A stretch of DNA of 64,000 nucleotides from Clostridia bacterium (GCA_045580715.1 JAZNOH010000085.1:33585-97584), one strand, 5' to 3'. Counted from the stretch's first letter, positions 18,399-26,636 are shown. Numbers and translations: made by a program. Notes: a model not told the origin generated them from the letters alone.

Positions 18399-21300
18399 AT
18401 GGCAACTACAGATAATAGCGCAATACAACCATTAGATGTATATGACCCCATATGTAGTTCAGATAGTGTTTGGTATAAGGATAATGAGCTTTATTCGGTA
18501 TCCGATAAATTGGATGATATGGATGCGGTTATTGCGGCTAAAGCTGATTCCACACATACTCACACTGATTATGCATCCCAGTCTGATTTAGCTTTGCTGG
18601 AAGATGTTATTGGCACAAAGGCTAATGCTGTGCATACTCACTCCCAATATGCATCTTCTTCACATAGTCATGACGACTATGCAACCGTAATCGCACTTGA
18701 TACCCTTGAAAGCGAACTTGATAGCAAGGCAGATGCAAGTCATACTCATGCTGAGTATGCGCCCACCTCTCATACGCATAGTGAATACGCAGAAACTAAT
18801 CATGCTCACAGTAATTATGCTGAAACAACACATGCTCACGATAATTATGCGTCTGTTTCTCATACTCATACCGCATCTGAGGTCGGTGCGGCAGTTAGTG
18901 AACACAATCACGATGAAGATTATGCGGTAATTAACCATACACACACAGATTATGCCACCGTCACTTCTTTGAATGAACTTTCTGCAACTGTTTCTGGCAA
19001 AGCAAACGCTTCTCACTCCCACGACGATGTTTATTATACAGAGACCGAGATTGACACCAAACTTGCTGCCAAGGCGGATTCTACTCATAATCACGATGGC
19101 GTATATGATGTAAGCGGTGCGGCTGCAAGTGCTTTGACATCTGCCAATGCCTATACGGATTCTAAGATTGATGCTTTGGTTGGCGAGGGCGCTTCGGTTA
19201 CTCTTGATACTATTGGTGAGATTTCGTCTGCCATTGTAGACAACCAAGATGCAATTGATTTACTTAATGCTGCTATTGCAAACAAGGCTAATGCTACTGA
19301 TTTAAATTCCCACGCAAATGATACAGAGCTTCATATTACCACAACTGAAAGAAACAACTGGAACGCTAAGTCTGATTTCTCAGGCAGTTACAATGACTTG
19401 ACTAACAAGCCCAGTATTCCTTCCATTGATGGTTTGGCTAGTGAAGATTATGTAGATGAAAAGGTTGGTTCGGTTACAGTAGAGTCAATTGGCGCTTTGC
19501 CTAACACCACAGTAATTCCAACGGTTCCAACTAATGTCTCTGCTTTTACTAATGACGCAGGTTATCTCACGGAACATCAAAGTCTTGACGGATTAGCCAC
19601 TGAAACCTATGTAAATACACAGATTGATGCAATTGATATTCCTAGTGCCCTTTCTGATTTAACCACAGATTCTACCCATAGGCTTGTAACAGATACAGAA
19701 AAGGCTGTTTGGAATGCAAAGTCTGATTTTAGTGGTAATTACAATGATTTGACTAATAAACCCTCCATCCCCTCAATTACTGGTCTTGCCACTGAGACTT
19801 ATGTTGACGAGGCAGTAAGTTCCAAGGCTGATAGTGGTCACAATCATAATGATGTTTATTATACCGAAACAGAAGTAGACTCTCTTCTTTCTGCAAAATC
19901 TAATTCCTCTCATAACCACGATTCTTCTTATGATGCATTGGGCACCGCCGAAACAAAGGCAAATGCGGTTCAGGCTAATTTAGATGTGGTAAGCGAAGAC
20001 CTGACGGAGCATATCGACAATGCTGACATTCATTTCACTACCGCTGAAAGAACTAAATTAAGTGGTATTGCTGCCAATGCAAATAATTATACTCATCCTA
20101 ATTCTGGTGTTACCGCTGGGACATATAAGAGCGTAACAGTGAATGCGCAAGGACATATTACAGGTGGCGCCAATCCTACTACTCTTGCAGGTTATGGTAT
20201 TACCGATGCAGAAACGAAGGGCGCTGCAAATAGTGCTCTTACTTCTGCAAAAGCATATACCGATGAACTTATTGCCGACGAGGTGGCAAACAGAGATTCT
20301 GCCATCGCTACTGCAAAGAGTTCCGTTATTTCTACAGCTTCTTCTGATGCAACCACCAAGGCTAATAATGCTCTTGCTTCGGCAAAAACATACACAGACT
20401 CTGCTGTTGCCACTGTTAAGAATGATTTACTCAACGGTGCAGGAACTGCATATGATACTCTTAAAGAACTTGGCGACTTAATTGATGATAATACAGATGC
20501 TATTAGTGCTTTGGAGACCGTGGCAAGTGGCAAGGCTAACTCCGTACACACCCACGCTATCTCTGATATAACAAATCTCCAAACTACACTAAATGGCAAG
20601 GCTAATACAAGCCATGGTACTCATGTAACTTATTCGACAACCGCTCCCGTAATGGACGGAACTGCAAGTGTTGGTACCGCTTCTACCGTTGCTCGCTCCG
20701 ACCATAAGCATCCTACTGATACTTCGAGAGCGGCACAGACGGATTTAGATGCTCTTGAAACTGTTGTGGCGGGAAAGGCTAATTCAAGCCATACACACAC
20801 TATTGCAAATGTAACTAATTTACAAAGTGCATTAGATGCAAAACAATCTGCTATTACGGGTGGCGCAAGTACTATTACAAGTTCTAATTTAACTACTAAT
20901 AGAGCATTGATTTCTAATGGTTCAGGCAAGGTTGCTGTTTCGGCAGTCACCTCTACGGAATTAGGATATTTAGATGGTGTAACTTCTAATGTTCAAACGC
21001 AGTTAGATGGCAAGGCGGCTTCGAGCCATACTCATAATTATGCTGGCTCCTCTTCTGTTGGTGGTGCCGCTACAAGCGCAAACAAATTAAACACAAATGC
21101 TGGCGATGCAAATACTCCTGTTTACTTTGCAAATGGTGTACCAGTTGCTTGCACAGGTTTAGATTTGAATACTACTGGAAGTTCTGCGAGTTGCACTGGT
21201 AACTCGGCAACCGCCACCAAACTTGCTACTGCTCGTACTATTAATGGCACATCATTTGATGGAACTTCGGATATAAATCTAGCAAGAGCCTATAACTACT

Positions 21301-21992
21301 CTTTGGGTCAAGTTGGAAACAATGTTTCTTATTGTATGTTCGCAAGAACAAGTAGCAGTAACACGAGCGGTAATTGTGGTGCCACATTATTGGTGACTGA
21401 CTGTGGTAATTTTGGCGGTACATTGGCTGGTGCGTGGCTTGTTCAGTTGTCCAATAGAGGCAGCAAACCAACAATGAATGTAACAACTTTGTTGGCAAAC
21501 AATAATGGCACTGTTACTTTTGGCTATTATACTACTGAAGATTATTTTTATTTTGGAGTATATTGTGGCACTTATGCTTCAGATAGAACAATAACCGTAT
21601 TGCGCAATACCAGTGTAACCTTACAAGATTTCGGAGATACAACAACAGCGCCAAATGGTTGGACTGCTGTTACTCCAAGAGTCTTGTCTGTTGATGGGCA
21701 TACACATTCTTACGCTGGTTCTTCAAGTGTAGGTGGAGCTGCTACAAGTGCGAATAAATTGAATACTAATGCTGGTTCTGCAACTCAACCCGTATACTTT
21801 GCGAATGGCGTTCCCGTAAAAACGACATACACGCTTGGAGCTTCGGTGCCATCTGGAGCCAAATTCACAGACACGACTTATAGTGTTGCAACGACTTCCG
21901 CAAATGGTTTAATGGGCGCATCTGATAAGTCTAAATTGGATGGAATGGTATTGGCTACTGTTTCTGAAGTTGAAACATATCTTGGAATTTAA
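18399..21992 (+). CDS. long tail fibre protein with about 19 HxH motifs
   Basis: 1197 aa with RBS AAGGAGGAA. Dense run of (S/T/N)H(T/S/A/N)Hxx(Y)A repeats. Internal duplication HTH(N/S)YAGSSSVGGAATSANKLNTNAG...PVYFANGVPV. Ends ATVSEVETYLGI. Confidence 0.9.
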   Translation: MATTDNSAIQPLDVYDPICSSDSVWYKDNELYSVSDKLDDMDAVIAAKADSTHTHTDYASQSDLALLEDVIGTKANAVHTHSQYASSSHSHDDYATVIALDTLESELDSKADASHTHAEYAPTSHTHSEYAETNHAHSNYAETTHAHDNYASVSHTHTASEVGAAVSEHNHDEDYAVINHTHTDYATVTSLNELSATVSGKANASHSHDDVYYTETEIDTKLAAKADSTHNHDGVYDVSGAAASALTSANAYTDSKIDALVGEGASVTLDTIGEISSAIVDNQDAIDLLNAAIANKANATDLNSHANDTELHITTTERNNWNAKSDFSGSYNDLTNKPSIPSIDGLASEDYVDEKVGSVTVESIGALPNTTVIPTVPTNVSAFTNDAGYLTEHQSLDGLATETYVNTQIDAIDIPSALSDLTTDSTHRLVTDTEKAVWNAKSDFSGNYNDLTNKPSIPSITGLATETYVDEAVSSKADSGHNHNDVYYTETEVDSLLSAKSNSSHNHDSSYDALGTAETKANAVQANLDVVSEDLTEHIDNADIHFTTAERTKLSGIAANANNYTHPNSGVTAGTYKSVTVNAQGHITGGANPTTLAGYGITDAETKGAANSALTSAKAYTDELIADEVANRDSAIATAKSSVISTASSDATTKANNALASAKTYTDSAVATVKNDLLNGAGTAYDTLKELGDLIDDNTDAISALETVASGKANSVHTHAISDITNLQTTLNGKANTSHGTHVTYSTTAPVMDGTASVGTASTVARSDHKHPTDTSRAAQTDLDALETVVAGKANSSHTHTIANVTNLQSALDAKQSAITGGASTITSSNLTTNRALISNGSGKVAVSAVTSTELGYLDGVTSNVQTQLDGKAASSHTHNYAGSSSVGGAATSANKLNTNAGDANTPVYFANGVPVACTGLDLNTTGSSASCTGNSATATKLATARTINGTSFDGTSDINLARAYNYSLGQVGNNVSYCMFARTSSSNTSGNCGATLLVTDCGNFGGTLAGAWLVQLSNRGSKPTMNVTTLLANNNGTVTFGYYTTEDYFYFGVYCGTYASDRTITVLRNTSVTLQDFGDTTTAPNGWTAVTPRVLSVDGHTHSYAGSSSVGGAATSANKLNTNAGSATQPVYFANGVPVKTTYTLGASVPSGAKFTDTTYSVATTSANGLMGASDKSKLDGMVLATVSEVETYLGI
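18540..19100 (+). repeat. degenerate in-frame tandem repeat encoding the HxH array
   Basis: Twelve consecutive H-x-H units: THTHTDYA, VHTHSQYA, SHSHDDYA, SHTHAEYA, SHTHSEYA, NHAHSNYA, THAHDNYA, SHTHTASE, EHNHDEDYA, NHTHTDYA, SHSHDDVY, THNHDGVY. Confidence 0.85.
20382..20732 (+). repeat. diverged paralogous fibre module (copy 2)
   Basis: Encodes AKTYTDSAVATVKNDLLNGAGTAYDTLKELGDL...HGTHVTYSTTAPVMDGTASVG...ARSDHKHPTDTSRA. Counterpart of 14250-14600. Confidence 0.8.
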
Positions 21993-22010
21993 GAAAGGAA
22001 AGAATGAATT

Positions 22011-22262
22011 ATGGCAGAAGTAAAAAATAAAATTGTCACAGTCGAATCTTTGGCTGCTGTACATACACACAATCAAGATACATATATGACAAAATCTAAC
22101 CCCACTGGCGTTGGCACAATGACAATGACTGGTGATGGCAACTTTTCTGGTATTGTAGATGTTGGTTCTTTAAGATTGGGAGATGCAATGCTTGAATATG
22201 ATTCAACTGATGGCGTCTTGAAAATTGTATTTGGCACTACCGAAGACGATGTTACTGAGTAA
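22011..22262 (+). CDS. small fibre-like protein
   Basis: 83 aa with RBS AAAGGAAAGAATGAATTATG. N-terminus MAEVKNKIVTVESLAAVHTHNQD carries the adaptor-like motif and one HxH. Confidence 0.6.
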   Translation: MAEVKNKIVTVESLAAVHTHNQDTYMTKSNPTGVGTMTMTGDGNFSGIVDVGSLRLGDAMLEYDSTDGVLKIVFGTTEDDVTE

Positions 22263-22279
22263 GACTTGGAGGTGATATT

Positions 22280-23803
22280 ATGGCAGCACCAAGCGGAATT
22301 GTTTGGGGTTCGATTGTTGGTGGTTATGGACGAATAGGAATTTATGTCAAACTTACTAACACAAACACACAAACAACAAGACATACAGAAATTTGGTTTT
22401 GGAGTAAGTATTCGGTAGACGATTCTGCAAATACATTTTATTACAATGATAATGCAACAACCGCTACCACTTCTAAAGGAGCTGTAAATATCAATACAAC
22501 CGTGGCTTCGGGTAGTGGATGGTCTACTTCTAACCAAGTAAAATTAAAAGAATACGATTATACATTTACGAGAGGAACAAGTTCTTCTAAGCGTTATGTA
22601 GCTGCTAAACTCACAAATGTTGATAGAGTTGGCGGTACGATGTCGGTTAGCACAAGCTACACCATCCCCGCTTTAGCAAGTTATACCGTTAAATATAGCG
22701 CTAACGGTGGTAGTGGAGCACCTTCTTCTCAGACGAAATATTACGGCAAGACTTTAACTTTGTCGAGCACAAAACCTTCACGAACTGGGCATACATTTAA
22801 AGGCTGGGCTACATCTGCAAGTGGCAGCGTGGCTTATGCTTCGGGGGCAAGCTATACGGCAAATGCCTCTATAACATTGTATGCAGTTTGGCAAGCAAAT
22901 ACTTATACGGTTAAGTACAATGCTAATGGTGGCACAGGAGCACCGAGTTCTCAAACGAAGACTTATGGGGTTGCATTAACATTGTCTTCAACAAAGCCAA
23001 CAAGAGCCTCTGTTGATAGCGGCGATGGAGTTTTAACTACATACACATTTAAAGGTTGGGCTACTTCTGCTAACTCGTCTACAGTTGCATATGCTGCAGG
23101 AGCGAAATATACAGCCAATGCTTCTGTCACATTATACGCAGTATGGAGTACAAAGACCACAGTTACAGAATATGATGTTGTATACAATACAAATGGTGGT
23201 TCAAATGTTAGCCCTCAGGTTAAAACAAAGGGAGTGGCACTTACCTTAAGAAGCACTATTCCTACTAAAAATGGATATACATTTAAAGGTTGGGGGTTGT
23301 CTGAAGATGCTACAACAGTTGCATATGCTGCTGGAGCAAGTTATACAACCGATGCTGACATTATTTTATATGCTATTTGGACTCCTTGGACACACATAGT
23401 TCAGTTTAATGTAAATGGTGGCACTGGCACCGTTCCATCAAGCTTTACTAAAACAACAGATGTAGATGTGACGATTCCAGAAGGAAATATTTCAAAGGCG
23501 AATTGTGTATTTAAGTGTTGGTCTACAAAAGCAAGTGGTTCTGGTGGTACTAACTATTATATTGGCGACGCATACGAAGCTACAAAAAATGGTGGCACAG
23601 TAACTTTATATGCCATTTGGAAAGAAAGAAAGGTACTGATATATAAAGCTGACAAGAGTTGTGAAGCCGTCGAATTTATTGAGAGCGATGAAATACTTGG
23701 GTTTGAAAATACAGGTATGATATATGCACCAGAATTTATAGAAGATGGTAGTTTGATTTTAGGCGAAACAAGCTTCCACTTCGGAGAATTAGTTGAAAGA
23801 TAA
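22280..23803 (+). CDS. tail protein with about five Listeria-Bacteroides (InlB B-type) repeats
   Basis: 507 aa with RBS GGAGGTGA. Repeats of YTVKY.ANGG.GAPSSQTK.YG..LTLSSTKP.R.G.TFKGWATSA....AYA.GA.YTANAS.TLYAVW. Confidence 0.8.
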   Translation: MAAPSGIVWGSIVGGYGRIGIYVKLTNTNTQTTRHTEIWFWSKYSVDDSANTFYYNDNATTATTSKGAVNINTTVASGSGWSTSNQVKLKEYDYTFTRGTSSSKRYVAAKLTNVDRVGGTMSVSTSYTIPALASYTVKYSANGGSGAPSSQTKYYGKTLTLSSTKPSRTGHTFKGWATSASGSVAYASGASYTANASITLYAVWQANTYTVKYNANGGTGAPSSQTKTYGVALTLSSTKPTRASVDSGDGVLTTYTFKGWATSANSSTVAYAAGAKYTANASVTLYAVWSTKTTVTEYDVVYNTNGGSNVSPQVKTKGVALTLRSTIPTKNGYTFKGWGLSEDATTVAYAAGASYTTDADIILYAIWTPWTHIVQFNVNGGTGTVPSSFTKTTDVDVTIPEGNISKANCVFKCWSTKASGSGGTNYYIGDAYEATKNGGTVTLYAIWKERKVLIYKADKSCEAVEFIESDEILGFENTGMIYAPEFIEDGSLILGETSFHFGELVER

Positions 23804-23815
23804 GGAGAATATATT

Positions 23816-24433
23816 ATGGCAAAGTTAAAAGATACAGTTGTTGATGGAAATATAGAATTAACAGGCGATGTTACACTTCAAAATACAATGGCGATTAATG
23901 GAATAGCCACTGATGGAACTGAGCGTCAAAATTACCAAGCGTGTAATCATAATAATAACTGCATTGTTGGCTACGGAAATTATACGGCTGATAATGGCAA
24001 TACCCATATCTATGGCGTTGCTGTTAAGTCTATTACAAAAGACAATGATGTTACAGTAGACGGCATTCAGATTGCTCATACAGATGTTTCTACTGTAACG
24101 AGCCTTTCTAGTGGATGGAATTATTATGGCAGTTCTAGTGCCAACCTTCCAACGGTAAGACGCTATGGCAAGGTTGTAAGTTTAACTGGTGCTTTGACTA
24201 ATACGGCAGCAGTTACGATAAATACTTCTCATGTTAAAGTGTTCACCATTCCTTCTGGATATAGACCCTCACAGGATGTACTCGTTATGTGTCAGGGTTC
24301 TGGCGCTAACGAATTTGTTTTGCAAGTTAAAGCCAATGGCGAAGTGTACTTTGGTAGATATGGTACATCCTCTTTTGCATCGGTTTCCTCTGGTTCTTGG
24401 TTCCCATTCCATGCTTGTTGGGTTATGGAATAA
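23816..24433 (+). CDS. tail fibre tip-like protein, function unknown
   Basis: 205 aa with RBS AAGGAGAA. Last gene of the + strand structural block, followed by a strong terminator. Confidence 0.65.
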   Translation: MAKLKDTVVDGNIELTGDVTLQNTMAINGIATDGTERQNYQACNHNNNCIVGYGNYTADNGNTHIYGVAVKSITKDNDVTVDGIQIAHTDVSTVTSLSSGWNYYGSSSANLPTVRRYGKVVSLTGALTNTAAVTINTSHVKVFTIPSGYRPSQDVLVMCQGSGANEFVLQVKANGEVYFGRYGTSSFASVSSGSWFPFHACWVME

Positions 24434-24472
24434 TAAATACATAACAGATAATATTATATGAAATAAAATTTA

Positions 24473-24504
24473 AGGACAGTCCTTTATGGGCTGTCCTTTT
24501 TTTT
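24473..24504. terminator. bidirectional rho-independent terminator between convergent structural and HTH genes
   Basis: AGGACAGTCC tttat GGGCTGTCCT (10 bp) followed by T7 on the + strand. An A/T-rich tract lies on the other side, and the stop of the minus-strand HTH gene abuts it. Confidence 0.85.
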
Positions 24505-24688
24505 ACGATTTTAATTTGTCGTTATAAACCAAAGGCGTTGGTAGAACTTCTATCACTTCCTCTACTCTACATCCGAGATGCTGACATATGTTGTCTACTG
24601 TTTCTAAAGAAACATATTCACCCTTGGTCATTTTGGCAAGAGTTGATGTACTAAAGCCAACCGCTTCTCTAAGCTGGGTTTTTGTCAT
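24503..24688 (-). CDS. XRE/HTH_26-like transcriptional regulator (probable switch protein); true start probably upstream at a non-ATG codon near 24733
   Basis: MTKTQLREAVGFSTSTLAKMTKGEYVSLETVDNICQHLGCRVEEVIEV is a typical short Cro/CI-type HTH. The in-frame upstream codons encode ISYKPLFKLLLDRD behind a GGGAGG RBS (see finding). Confidence 0.8.
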   Translation of the reverse strand: MTKTQLREAVGFSTSTLAKMTKGEYVSLETVDNICQHLGCRVEEVIEVLPTPLVYNDKLKS

Positions 24689-24786
24689 ATCTCTATCTAA
24701 TAATAATTTAAATAATGGCTTGTAACTAATAATATAAATTACCTCCCTTCGCCCCTCTCAACCCTCTTTCCTACCACAATATTTGT

Positions 24787-24839
24787 ATTATATCATATAG
24801 TTTAGTTTGTTTGATATGTAGTTTAATATGATATATAAT
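24787..24839. promoter_or_regulatory. back-to-back divergent promoters with inverted repeat (candidate switch region)
   Basis: Minus strand: TGATATAAT extended -10 (24787-24795). Plus strand: TTGATA-17 nt-TATAAT (24811-24839). The 9-bp inverted repeat ATATCATAT (24790-24798) / ATATGATAT (24826-24834) overlaps both -10 regions. Confidence 0.45.
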
Positions 24840-24860
24840 ATATTTAGAAACATAAATATT

Positions 24861-24974
24861 TTATTTGTTAGAAAGAACATTGTTTTTCTTTTTAATCTTA
24901 AATGATTTAAGTTTTGCATTGTTCTTTTCTGCGATTAAAATACCCAATGTTTCGAAAAATTTTTCAATATTCAT
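24861..24974 (-). CDS. possible 37-aa Lys-rich small protein
   Basis: Own translation: MNIEKFFETLGILIAEKNNAKLKSFKIKKKNNVLSNK, preceded by AGAGGTG 6 nt upstream. Lies between the integrase and HTH genes. Short and AT-rich, so uncertain. Confidence 0.3.
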   Translation of the reverse strand: MNIEKFFETLGILIAEKNNAKLKSFKIKKKNNVLSNK

Positions 24975-25058
24975 AGCAACACCTCTATTTGTTTGTTATA
25001 CTATATTCATTATATTGTATAACCTTATGTGTTACTATGAGAAAAAATTGGTAAAGGG

Positions 25059-26492
25059 ATGATGCGTATGACTACTTTTGACAGAGAGAAGAAGGTCAGA
25101 AGAGCGTTTGACACTAGTAAGGTATTAAGAACGGCTGCCTATATTCGGGTGTCGAGCGACGAGCAGGTTAAGCATGGCTTCTCGATTGAGGCGCAGAAAG
25201 AGGGTTTGCAGAAATACGCCGAAGAACGAGGTTATAGGATTGTAGAATGGTACATTGATGAAGGTAAGTCTGCTCGTGGTAAAACTACGAAAAGGAAAGA
25301 ATATTTAAGACTTATCGAAGATGCTAAAAGAGGCAAATTTGAAATGATTATATTCAAATGTTTGGACAGATGGTTTAGGAATATAAGTGAGTATTACAAG
25401 GCTCAATCTGTTTTGGATGAAAAGGGTATTAACTGGGAATGTAGCGAAGAAGACTTTGATACAACCACTCGTGATGGTCGTTGGAAACTTCATATTTACC
25501 TCATGCTTGCACAAGATGAAGCGGACAAAACAAGTGAGCGTATCAATTATGTATTCGCACATAAAATTCAAAACAGAGAAGCTATATCTGGTTCCCAACC
25601 ATATGGCTTCAAAGTAAAAGAGATAGACGGTTTTAAAAGGGTTGTTAAAGACGAAAGTGTGTCTTGTATTGTTGATGATGTTTTTGATAACTTTGAACTT
25701 TTCAATTCTAAGAGAGCAACACTTTATTTCATACAAGACAAATACGATATTAAAGTGGAATACAAGTTAATAGGTCATATATTAACTAATCCTTATTATT
25801 ATGGTCATTATCGTGGTGTAGATGATTATATATGGGGTGGTTCTTATATTACAAAAGAACGCTACGACAAAATTCAGAAAATGTTAAAGAAAAATGTCAA
25901 AGCTCGTAAAAATAAAAAGAACCAAGATTATATTTTTAGCGGATTATTAGTATGCAGTATTTGTGGTTGCAAACTTTCGGCTCATTGTACCGACCTTCCT
26001 TTAGCAGATGGTAGCAAAAAAACTTATTTATTTTACAGATGCAGCAGGGCTGCTATGGCTAACAAATGTACTTCAAGGGGAACATTTAGTGAGATTAAGT
26101 TAGAGCAAAAACTAATACAGTCAATAGAAGAAGAAATTGAGGATTATATTTGCGAATATGAATTGGATGTCAAAAAAGAAAAGAAACCCAAAGTTGATAT
26201 TAAAAGTGTCAAAGAAGAGATACAACGGTTAAATGTTTCTTGGAGGAAGGGTCGTATGGAAGAATCGGAATATGATTATGAGTTTGAAAGATTGCAAAAG
26301 AAATTAGAAAAGGCACAAGAGGAGATTCCAGAAAAACACGATTTAACTCCTTTGTATGATTTCTTAAATAGTGGCTGGAAAGATATTTATGACACCTTAA
26401 CTTCTGTTGAGAAGAGGGCTTTGTGGCGCTCGGTAATTGACATAATAGAAGTTGATGTGTTGAATAAGGAATTTAAGATTAAGTTTATATAA
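25059..26492 (+). CDS. large serine recombinase (integrase)
   Basis: AAYIRVSSDEQVKHGFSIEAQ catalytic-serine motif. Resolvase domain, recombinase domain, Zn-ribbon CSICGCKL...YRCSRAAMANKC and a C-terminal coiled coil. The ATG at 25068 has the better spacing from AAAGGG. Confidence 0.9.
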   Translation: MMRMTTFDREKKVRRAFDTSKVLRTAAYIRVSSDEQVKHGFSIEAQKEGLQKYAEERGYRIVEWYIDEGKSARGKTTKRKEYLRLIEDAKRGKFEMIIFKCLDRWFRNISEYYKAQSVLDEKGINWECSEEDFDTTTRDGRWKLHIYLMLAQDEADKTSERINYVFAHKIQNREAISGSQPYGFKVKEIDGFKRVVKDESVSCIVDDVFDNFELFNSKRATLYFIQDKYDIKVEYKLIGHILTNPYYYGHYRGVDDYIWGGSYITKERYDKIQKMLKKNVKARKNKKNQDYIFSGLLVCSICGCKLSAHCTDLPLADGSKKTYLFYRCSRAAMANKCTSRGTFSEIKLEQKLIQSIEEEIEDYICEYELDVKKEKKPKVDIKSVKEEIQRLNVSWRKGRMEESEYDYEFERLQKKLEKAQEEIPEKHDLTPLYDFLNSGWKDIYDTLTSVEKRALWRSVIDIIEVDVLNKEFKIKFI

Positions 26493-26513
26493 AACCCATT
26501 TTCGAATGGGTTT
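26492..26513 (+). terminator. hairpin terminator after integrase
   Basis: AAACCCATT ttcg AATGGGTTT (9-bp stem, 4-nt loop). Confidence 0.6.
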
Positions 26514-26526
26514 AAAACTTACTCTT

Positions 26527-26576
26527 ACTTTGCTAAACTTACCCACACCAGTTGGAGTAGGTGCGAAAAGCAAAAT
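26527..26576. other. candidate attP core (imperfect palindrome)
   Basis: TTTGCTaaaCTTACCCACACC-agtt-GGAGTAGGTGCGaaAAGCAAA. The arms match at about 14 of 21 positions around a central AGTT. The island is locally GC-richer and sits directly after the integrase terminator. Confidence 0.35.
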
Positions 26577-26636
26577 AAAATAACTAAAGAAAATAGCCTT
26601 AAATACTGATATAATAGGCTTTAAGGAGTGATTGTA

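Noticed and set aside
18540-19100. The regularly spaced repeats in the 1197-aa fibre gene interpreted as a CRISPR-like array.
   Set aside because: The repeats are degenerate and in frame inside a long ORF, where they encode the HxH units. There are no identical direct repeats with unique spacers, and no cas genes are present.
14250-20732. The shared fibre modules interpreted as DGR template/variable repeats or as an invertible shufflon acted on by the serine recombinase.
   Set aside because: No reverse transcriptase gene lies in the window. The differences between the copies are of all substitution types rather than adenine-specific. Both copies are in direct orientation and no flanking inverted crossover sites are visible.
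24865-25062. 65-aa plus-strand ORF upstream of the integrase.
   Set aside because: It starts at TTG without an RBS and has a Phe/Ile/Leu-rich low-complexity translation typical of AT-rich non-coding DNA. The region is better explained as a promoter and leader.
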